Assembly (NCBI GenBank): GCA_024346625.1
Contig: AP024666.1
Coordinates: 1,612,001 to 1,676,000 of the forward strand
Length of the DNA stretch: 64,000 nucleotides
Origin: Williopsis jadinii
Taxonomy: Eukaryota
Reading direction: 5' to 3'
Shown here piece by piece: positions 45,063 to 55,567 of this stretch. The notes under the pieces are model-generated. The model had not been told where the DNA came from. It was given only the letters and a program-made list of their open reading frames with translations, and made no database searches. Numbering within the stretch: position 1 is the first letter of the stretch; every line of letters begins with the position of its first letter. The position numbers and the translations under genes are program-made.

Positions 45063-46086
45063 TTATTTTAGCTTGTGCTTCTTTGAGTGTACTCTTTGAG
45101 CAATTGACTCTGATGGCCTCTTATTCTCGGTCTTTGGGCCCTCCACCTTGTGGTCGTCCTCGTGGTCTGTTCCTTCCTCTTCCTTGAATTTAGCCTTGGG
45201 AGTCTTCTCATTATGATTCAAGACATTTTGCTTCTCCTCCTTAACCACATTGTTCTTAAAAAACGCTGTAATACCTCCCTTTATCACGGGCTTGACAAGT
45301 TGTGGCCCATCATTAGACATCTTTCCAACATCTTTGGTGACTTGATACCATTCAAGTTCGTCATGGTCATGAACATCAAGTGCAACTTGAGCTATTTCTT
45401 TGTCCCAGTGCCCATTTTTCCCTAACCACTGTTCCCATTCCTTTGACCCTGGCTCAAGGACGATAGGCATCCTATGATGAAGCCATTCCATCTTCTCAGG
45501 TGCAGGACCAGTTACGACAGTATAGCTCTCAAATTTGTCTTCATTCTCCAAGATGGTTTTACTCCATAACCCAGCGAGGAACATAACCTTTCCATCCTTA
45601 CGTTTGATATAATAGGGGACCTTTTCTATTCTTTTAGTCGTTCCAATGGACCTTTGTTGCCATTCATAATACCCTTCGACAGGGATAACACATCTGTGAA
45701 ATTTTGAAACGCTTGCCCAAAGTTTTGAACCTTCAATTACCGCCTCTTTTCTAGCATTGAACGTCTTGTACTGTGTGAATTCATTAGATCTCTTTGTCCA
45801 GGTCGGTACAAGGCCCCAGGACATGTACTCTAGTACTCCGTTTCCGTCTTTAGCTATGCGATAAACAGGTGCTCTCTTTGTGGGACCAATGTTGTATGAT
45901 GAATAGTCGTTATTAACTTCTGAAACGTTTAAATGAGGCTCTTGGATGTATTGCTCGTACTGTTGGTGCATCTCATGTTGTAGAGCCTGGGGTTGCTAAA
46001 GAACGAACTGTCAGCATTGAACTGAAATAAAGATAGGAGAAACGCTCCCCTATCCATACCATTGACATTGCATATCTTCCACACAT
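45063..46086 (-). CDS. SRAP/HMCES abasic-site protection protein (YMR114C-like); exons 46086-46060 and 45995-45063
   Basis: Spliced N-terminus MCGRYAMSM; SYNIGPT, WGLVPTW, FNARKE, GYYEW, HHRMP; 64-nt intron GTATGG...TGCTGAC...TAG. Confidence 0.92.
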
Positions 46087-49000
46087 TATGAGGTTGAAGC
46101 AATTGAATCTTCTTACGAATTGCGTTGGCCTCAACGGCGTGGATTACTTTACTCCCTTCAATCCTGACAGTGATTGACTGGAGGACGGGTATGGTGTCTG
46201 GATGTTTTGGGGCTCATTTCACATGGTTCCTATAAGCCAGTACAAACCAGTATGAAAAGTGGTAGACTGATGTTAACAGAGCACAATAGCCCAATTTTGC
46301 TCCTTGACGGTCATATATCCATGGATTTCCATTAACTCGGTTAAAGGCTGTACGCTATTCACCTTGAGGTGCGTGCGAATCTTACCATTGCTATACAACA
46401 CAGACAAATAGTCTAACAGAGGTCAAAAGCCACACACGTTGATGAAAGGTACCCCATGGCCTGACCAGGTTTCTCTGGTGTACATCAGCAAAGATCAGCA
46501 ACACGGCAACCTTTGAATTTGATTCACAAACGTTTAATATCAACAGATCACTCAATAATCGCTGGAATGTGGTATTTTTCCGAGGATCTATGGGATTGAT
46601 CTCTTCTAACGTCAAATTGACATATCAAAACCATTGGGATATTTTTTGTCACCTTAGACGGCTGTTTAAGGTGTCTTTGCCAGTGAAGATTGATGTTAAT
46701 AGGAGTATTATTAATCTATGATGACTTAGCACCTTCTACTTTGTCATGAATGCTTTGTAGCAGTCATACCCAATTCTCAAGATCTTGTTCGCAATGACGA
46801 CCAGGGCCTCCTGTGAAATGGAGCAAGCTCCTGCACAGGCTATCACAGATTTTTCAAGAAGATTCCATGTAGATATTCTGATGTGCTTACACGACGTCAT
46901 ATTATTTGCATTAAAGAGTTTTTTTTTCCTTTTTTGCCTTTGTCAAATGCCAGGACCTCGTAATTTGTACAGTTTTGTTGGCTTGAAGATAGTTTGCTGT
47001 ATTGAAATCTGAAACTTGAATCTGCTCATGAAACAATTCCATGGAGTACTCAATCCTAAGCTCTTGCATTCAAGGTCTCGACTCTCGGTTATGCGCTCTT
47101 GAGCCCCATCTTCAGAGTCTCGCTGCATAGTACTTAGAGAAATTCCGCAACGACCGGCAAAGCTCACTAATTTTGTTGTTAATGCACTGCCCTGCGCCTT
47201 GATTCAACCGTAGGTACATACCGCTTCAATGAAATTTATTTGAATGAATCCATAGTCCCCAGTAGCCAGCCAGTGGCCAATACCCAGTACCAACAACGTT
47301 ACGGGCATGGTTGTGAAACATGCTCGAATTGGTGTCTTGTATTAACTGGTTCTAACTCTCAGATATTTCCTTCGGCTTTGAGGCAGGCCTTGGTCATTGT
47401 TCCCTAGTCTTCAGTCATTGTCAGCTACAACATCATGCTTTTTGAACCAATACTGGTTCGTTAATCTAAAGATTATCATCTCCGATCAAGTGGTAGATTC
47501 GAAATTGGCGTTCAAAGTCAAATTGGGCTGTGTGCGGCTTTTTAGTTACACTGCATTACTTTGGGTTAAGGATGTTTACGAGTTGTATGAGGGTGGAAAC
47601 TAAGCCGTATTAAGTTCAACAAAAAAATAAGCAAGGAGTCCAGATCTCAATGTAATTAAAGGAATAATCTTCCAATGACACTTCTTCTCAGTACTACATT
47701 CCTCCAGAAATTTTTCAACAAAAAATATATAGTAAATGTTGATGTTGATTGAGGAGTGCTTTTTCGTATCCGGCTTGAAACTTGCACGCAAAAGAGAGAA
47801 TGTATTAATATGAGTCGTTGCAAATATATGTGGGTTTCAGGTCCCAGATCACCAAACAGGCATAACTTTCAACCTTGCCGCACTTGCAATATCGCATGCA
47901 TGCTGATAATTTCGGCAAGTCTCCGTCATAGGTTCTCTGTAAGCCGATCACCGAACATCTTTGCAAATCGTATTAGGAGTTGGTTTCCCTATTAAGCTCC
48001 CTTATTGAATGATCCATGCGTGGAGTTAAATGAACCGTTTTTCTCGAATTCCATTTGGTCGCTGTTTCTGGCAATCTGTGTGATTGAAATTCGAGAAAAG
48101 TCCAATAGTAACTGCCATGCATTATGTACATTATGCGAAGTATGGTAATCAGAACAAGCGGGACGATCGAAGCACTCCTCCTCTCTTCTGCACTCTTGCT
48201 GATTCTGGCGTATATTCACCACTTTAACTTAGTGTTGGGTATGTCAACACCACTGTTTATTGAAAGTTGGAACTTTCAGCAAACAACAAGTATCTAGGAA
48301 AATCGTTAAGCATCAACTGATGGTTTCTATATATTATCGATTGACAAGAGCCAAAGGCTGGAGTATGGAAATTAAAGGCGTATTATACCAAGCACATAGT
48401 AGTCTTTCCTGACAGTCAATTCCAATCGCAAAACTTTTTAGATATTCTCAAAAATAATCCAGCAATTGTACATGGAGCAATGTACTTCGAAAATTTCCAT
48501 TAATGCCCAAAATTCCACAATTATTCTTCAGTATGAACTTTTATGAACTTTCATATTGAGCACGTACGCCTTAAGTTACATAGCACTGAAAGTGCAGGAT
48601 AAATGGTAATAACTACCGGCCTGCTAAGGCGTCTTGTGGAACATTGTCCGCGAGAATAACATTGTGAAGTGTAAAGTCACACATATAATGTACAGCTATC
48701 ACATTTCACGGATATCAATTGTAGACTGAGACCCTATATACGGGGCGTGTTTACGTTTCTAAATTTGGGGTAATACTGTATTGTTCGTTTGTGTTGGGAA
48801 CCTGACAGTTGCGTTTGTCAGGCATGTAATACTAAAGTCAAAATCACAATGCAAAAAAACTGCAACAAAACGTTTCGCAAACAAGCCTGTTGCAGAAACC
48901 ACAACATGAAGACTAATACACAACTTTCCGTATGTCTAATTAACTTCAAAGAGATACACAGTTACAGCAACGAGGTTACAGTATAGGTATTTCATTGCAA

Positions 49001-50925
49001 AATGACTAAGAGCTGATTGTAAACAATTACCTACTTGTGAAAGTTTAAGGGGAACGGTTCAACATGACATCCCTGAACTGAAGAACAGCATATCTGAGAA
49101 ACGAGAATGTGTTCAAGGTTTCAATCCTTCATACCCAAAAGAGACCAAGGTCGATCGGCGTGTAGTCGAAGTTGCCCGCAGCCTTTCCATTTCTTGTTGG
49201 ACCATTTGATACAAATCTTTTGCGAGCCTATTGGAAATCTACTAAATATAGCAGATGATCAATTACATGATTCCACTTATACAGTGTGACGCATTACTTG
49301 TGCTAGAATAAACAAGAAACACATTCTTTCAGAATGCGCTCCTCGGCTATCTTGTATTTCATAAAGCTTACAGAGTTAACAGATCATAGCACAATACAAT
49401 CCATATATGAAAGAAGCCATGTGTGATGTACAGCTCAATACAACTGAAATTCTCTTTTTGAAATAGAAACCTTTTTACACCAATTTTTTGGAGATACTAC
49501 ATATGTTTGGCGATGTACATCCTTGCCTCAGTAATAGCAGCTTCTGCATAATCCAAATTTTTTTTCTGTAGCTTTTTTTCTTGATTGAACGGGGAACCTC
49601 GGATCAATCGTTGACAAACTTTAGAACGAAAGATTTCTATTCTCTCTTGGTTGAACCCATAGAGCGAGATTCAATGGTCAAACTGCCTAAACTAGCTCCG
49701 TAGATCCCACATCCTTCGTCTTTCTTATTTCTTAATAAGCGCACTAGATTTGTACTGAACCGCATATGCTCTCGCTTACAATATGATGCGCAAAGTTTAC
49801 ACGGGTACCAAAACTGGTGCTAGGCGTGGCAAATTGTTAATCTTGCATTGGTTTTACAACGGTGGAGTATTTGCGGGAATTTTACAGGCCCAGTTAGTCT
49901 ATGGGTACTGAGCTAATTGAAAGCTGATCTTGAGCTCTTAGAGGTGCTTGTCAGATCCGACAGTCTAGGATTTCTCATGAGTTTGGTCTGTCCCATTTCT
50001 AGGTTATAGTACTTCATAAATAGTGGGTCTAAAGATCAAAGAACTGAAAAAACAGCCTCCAGAGGGTAAAAGCATCAATGGAGCTACAAGCTGGTAACCA
50101 TTGTGGCGTCGTATGACTCTCCATGTGAAGACGAAATACATTCCCCAAATAGCCTCATAAGGTGGGTATGTAGTAATTTGTTTACTTTACGTGGTCCTCG
50201 AGAACATGAATGCCTAGTGTGAGTCCACATTATATGGACTGATCATGCCTTACTTCTTATAATAAAGGCAAAAAATAACATATTCTATACGTTGGCTTGC
50301 ATTTATGTTTTTCGGGTATGCAGAATTTGCGTCTATACACGCCTATGTACATTCATAAAATATCTCCTCGTTGCATTTTGCCCATCAGACATAGATGCAT
50401 AGAAAAAAGGTATCTATCATTTTTATAATACAACCATACAGTTTTATGGAGTACTTGGTTATTCGTCAAGGAGAAGTTGACGCTCTTCGCAATTCATTGT
50501 GTTTACGAACGGAAAAGCTAATGAACAAGTGAAAGGAAATCGTTCATCAATTAGAGACGTCCGTTGAATGGGCGTTGGCAGATGTCTGAATAACCATATA
50601 TCTGTCGAAACTACCGAAGCGAGAAGTACCTGCTTCTATGTACATTCCGGTCCTCGAATGTCACATCCGACAGTCCATACCTCTCATATCTAGGGTTTCA
50701 TGCTATGAGTTGGAGATGTTAGGCCTTAGAATGTGCATATTAATTAGGGTCGATCTTGAGCGCTTCGTATGCATAACTTCTAGTTACAATCTGTATTCCA
50801 TTAAAACATTCCTTATTCCAGAAACTCTTAAAATAGTATATAAGTTTCTAATATCTCTCGTACTTTTCTCATCCTTCAGGGAGAGCTCCTTCCTCTTTCT
50901 TCATAGAATCATTCGTTTAGGAAGT

Positions 50926-53530
50926 ATGAAGTTTCTCACAAGTGTACTTTCCACCCTTCTTTTGGCGGCATCATATGTCTGCGCAAAAGAGGTCGATGGT
51001 GTTTTCACCTCAGTGAATAGGATCTCCAAGTCCAGTGATTCCCAAACCTCGACACAGATTCCTTTCGACTGGTATGACGTCGAAGTTGGATGGACCATTG
51101 ACACAAGCAAAATCGAGACCGGTGATACATTCAGTTTGACCATGCCATATGTCTATCAAGTGAGAATCCTGAACAACGGTGTTTTAAGTACTTACTTTGA
51201 TATCACCAGTGATGATAAAACTATTGCTTCTTGTGACGTTGACAACGCAGGTGGAAGATCCCTTGAGACTACTATCACCTGTACTTTGACTGCTGATCTT
51301 TCCTCTTACACAACCTTTTCTGGTACTGCTGATTTCCTCATTGTCTTCGACGCAGGTGGAAGAACAGAGACCATTGAATCTGCTAAAAAGTGGACTTCTG
51401 GCTCGAACGTTGTCACTTTCAACGGTGATCTCTCCTCCCAAGTCTCTTTTTCCGGTATCAACACCAGTGGACGTCAATTTATTTCCAGAATTACCATGAG
51501 AGGTGATACCTTCTATTACTACGCTGCTCCAGCAGATTTGTGTAGAGGTGGTGCCATCTCTAGTGGTACTTTTACTTTTGAGATTGAAAATGACGGTTAT
51601 GAACTTAAGCTTGAAGATGTTGAGGCTTACTACACTAACCAATTCAACTCTTTTGGTTTCCCAACTTCATACAGCAACTTGGCCATTACTTCAAAAACGT
51701 TGAGCAGTAACAAGAGAAGAGTCACTATCGAATTCGGTGCTATTCCAGCAGGCTCGCGTTTTTGGTTCTCTGATTACAGCAATAAACTTGATCAGAACTA
51801 CCAGACTTACTCCGTTGTTGACGACATAGAAGTTGTCTGTCAAGGTAGAGGCAGAGATGGTGTACGTGAAACTACAAGGTTGACTCCAGTTAAGGGAGCT
51901 GCTGGAGGTGATGGTGATGGTGTTCAAAAACCTGTTACAATTACCACTTCTAGCACATGGACTAGATGTAGTACGGCAACAAGATTTGTTACGGGTGCTA
52001 GCTCCACTGTTACCAAAATCGTTGTCCTACCAACAACTGTTTGTCCTTCAACCACTGCTATTCCATCTTCCAGCGCTGTTCCATCGACCAGTGCCATTCC
52101 ATCAACTAGTACTGTTCCATCGACCAGTGCCATTCCATCAACTAGTACTGTCCCAAGTTCCTCTGATGTTTCATCCTCTTCAGTATTTGAATCAACAACG
52201 ACTTTAGCGCCGGACTCTTCAGTTTCATCCATTCCATCTTCTTCTGAGGCTCCATCCTCTTCTGACGCTTCTTCTTCTGAGGCTCCATCCTCTTCCGAGG
52301 TTTCATCCTCTTCTGAAGATTCTTCTTCTTCCGAGGTTTCATCCTCTTCTGAAGATTCTTCTTCTGAGGCTCCATCCTCTTCTGAAGCTTCTTCTTCTGA
52401 GGCTCCATCCTCTTCCGAGGTTTCATCCTCTTCTGAAGATTCTTCTTCTGAGGCTCCATCCTCTTCTGAAGCTTCTTCTTCTGAGGCTCCATCCTCTTCC
52501 GAGGTTTCATCCTCTTCTGAAGATTCTTCTTCTTCCGAGGTTTCATCCTCTTCTGAAGATTCTTCTTCTGAGACTCCATCCTCTTCTGAAGCTCCATCCT
52601 CTTCTGAGGTTTCATCCTCTTCTGAAGATTCTTCTTCTTCTGAAGGACCGTCCTCTTCTGAAGGACCATCCTCTTCTGAAGGACCATCCTCTTCTGAGGG
52701 CCCTTCCGAGTCTTCAGAATCCGTCTCTACCACAACGTTGGCTCCAGATTCCACCACTTCGACTACTTCAGCAAGTGTTTTCACTACTACTGTTACTTAT
52801 CCTGGATCAACAGTCACTGTCACCACTACTGTTCCTGGTCCTGATGGTGAAACCGTTACTACTACCGTCACCTACCAAGTGTCTACCGTCATTGTTACTA
52901 CAACTGCTTCTGGTCCGGACACTACAGGGGAGACCACCACCGATGAGACTACTACTGATGAGACTACCTCCGGTGAGACCACCACTGATGAGACTACCAG
53001 TGGTGCCAATGTTCATACCACCACAGTTACTTACCCTCAATCCATTGTAACTGTCACCACTACTGTTACAGGACCAGATGATGAAGCTGATAACACCGTG
53101 ACCACTGTCATTACTTATCCGGAATCCACGGTCATTGTAACAACAACTGCACCTGCTCCTGATTTCACTGACAGCGTCACCAAGCGTACACAGATTTTGA
53201 CTACTGTTACCTATCCACAGTCAGTTGTTACTATTACTACATCTGTTCCAGGCTCAGGTTCTGATGAGGTTGAAACTATTACTATTACCTACCCGGGATC
53301 TACAGTTACCTTGACAGAGACCATCCCTGTAGGTGATGCCACTGGTGAGGTTCCTACAGGTGGTTCCGGTGAGAATGAGACTCCGGGCGAACAAGCTACC
53401 GTCACACAGACCACTTTATTGACTTCTACATCTGACGGTGATTCTTCATCCGAGACTAGCTCTGGTTCTGGTTCTGGCTCTGGTTCTGGTTCTGACTCTG
53501 GCTCTGATTCTGGCTCTGGTTCTGGTTCTG

Positions 53531-53621
<91 letters not shown>

Positions 53622-53784
53622 CTCAGGTTCAGGTTCGGGTTCAAGCTCTGGCACTTCCACTACTTCAGAAGCCGACTCCTCTTCTACTGCTGTTATTGAA
53701 GTCTCAGAAAACTCTGGTTCAATTGTTCGCACAACTGCCTTCGGCACTGTTGTGAGTGTAATTATCACTTTGTTCCTCGTTTAA
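50926..53784 (+). CDS. GPI-anchored Als/agglutinin-like adhesin
   Basis: Signal peptide [46 protein letters not shown] (Als N-terminal-like); Ser/Thr repeats; hydrophobic GPI-type C-terminus. Confidence 0.88.
52230..52715 (+). repeat. Intragenic SSSE(AP/V/D) coding repeats
   Basis: Tandem TCCTCTTCTGAR-based units. Confidence 0.9.
53461..53643 (+). repeat. Intragenic (TCTGGC)n repeat encoding poly-(Ser-Gly)
   Basis: About 30 hexamer units just before the GPI signal. Confidence 0.95.
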
Positions 53785-55567
53785 ATATCTTCATTGAACT
53801 TTCTCTCTGTGATATTGTCATTGTTAATTTATTTCAACTCATGGGCTGTCTTTTTGTTTCCTGGTCAGCTGGTGGACTTCTTACAAGTCAGTTATTTCTT
53901 TCAAAATTTTGTGCTCCACTGAGCTGTTAAATACCCTCAACCACTTTCTTAGTTGATAAACTGTTTTATCTTTCTTTTCTTCTGGTGAAGACTATATCTT
54001 TTCAATATGTGTTACTTCTCCTCAAATGTAAGTTCTACTTTATACTTAAACAGTATACCGTAATTTGTAGCAAAACAATTTAAATTCACTCCTTTTAGTG
54101 ATTTCTTCTTTTCTGGCGGAGTTGAAAAGGTTTTGACATCCAACTATCTGCATTCACTCAAGTTGAATGTATTCAGAACAATTTTAGCCGGCGTAAGAGC
54201 TTCAAAATCACTTGCCAGCTTGCACAGTGCAGTTACTTTGCTTTCTCTTTCTTTTGAGGGCAATGCTAACTATACAACTGTTACGCGACCAATTATGATG
54301 TACGCAATAAGGCTATGGAAAGAGTTATCCAATATTGTATTCGTGGAATCTTGTTGATGCTGAACTACATACGGATACGTTTAGATGCGGTTTATTATCT
54401 TCCACGTGCCAGCCCCTAATGTCAATGACCTGACTTTTCAGTTATTCTCTTGGTGTTTCTACTTGTAAACGTTGGGGGTACCCCAATCTAGAAGGACTTC
54501 TTAATTTCTAACATCTCCTCAAAGCGAAGAAGTACACTTGTTGTAAACACTTTCGTAACCCCCGGATACATATATGCGAACTTAACTATAGATGTGTCTG
54601 GTGCAATGACTTGTGCATTAAGATACACCAACTTCCCAAATCCCTTGTTCAATTGCCTAAATTAACCCTGGATACATTGCAGCTTTCAGCAACGTCCGTT
54701 AAACAATTTTATTCGCCTGGAAGAGTCAGTATCACCTTCACAAAACATAATAACTCGCTGCTCGTAGCTCTCAACACACTCATTACAGCCCAAAGACTAT
54801 GGCACATGATTCATCATCCAACGCTGATGATAACCGACACTTCAAAGCACACCTCGTTCGTGGACCGTCGCAGTTATTTAAATGATAAGCTCCTGATGCT
54901 CTACCCAAAAGGTGAATTGAATTAGCAAATACAAACAGAGCCTTTGCTGATCCACAGTTGTTATTCTCTCATTTACGCCTTTATATAAGCGCCTAAGCTT
55001 CAAAACCTATTCGCATACCAAGTTCACTACACAGAGTCGCTAGATCACCTACACTGTGGACTACCCTGTGCTCATGTACAGTGACTTAGGAGGTGTTCAT
55101 GGTGACTACCTAAGCCGTGAACAGATTTAATCCCACTTGCATGGCTCACACCCACACACCACAATCGCACGGGCGTCGTTGTCAGCACCCCACGCATTGC
55201 CGCAGTGACCTCTTGGCCGTCCTCGGTTGTTGTTGTTGTTGTTTTTATTTCTGTGGTCTATAACTTCACTTTATCAGAACTGCTTGGGTATCTTGTTCGA
55301 ATGCAGAAAGAGCCTTGAAGATCGCCTGAAACTCAAAAAGGTACTCGATGGGGATGGTAAGGTGTAAGGTCCCTTGTTGAGTGATGTGATTGTATCTATG
55401 CCTCGAAGCTGAGGCAGGTGAGGGTTTACGATGAGTGAATATGAGAAATCATATCCACTGTTTGAAGTTTGTTGTTATAAAAGCTATCGAGGGTATCTTG
55501 TTCTCAGTCCTCTTGACGGCCATGATGTGTTCCCCTTTCCATATCAAACAGGAAGTGAGCTGGGACA

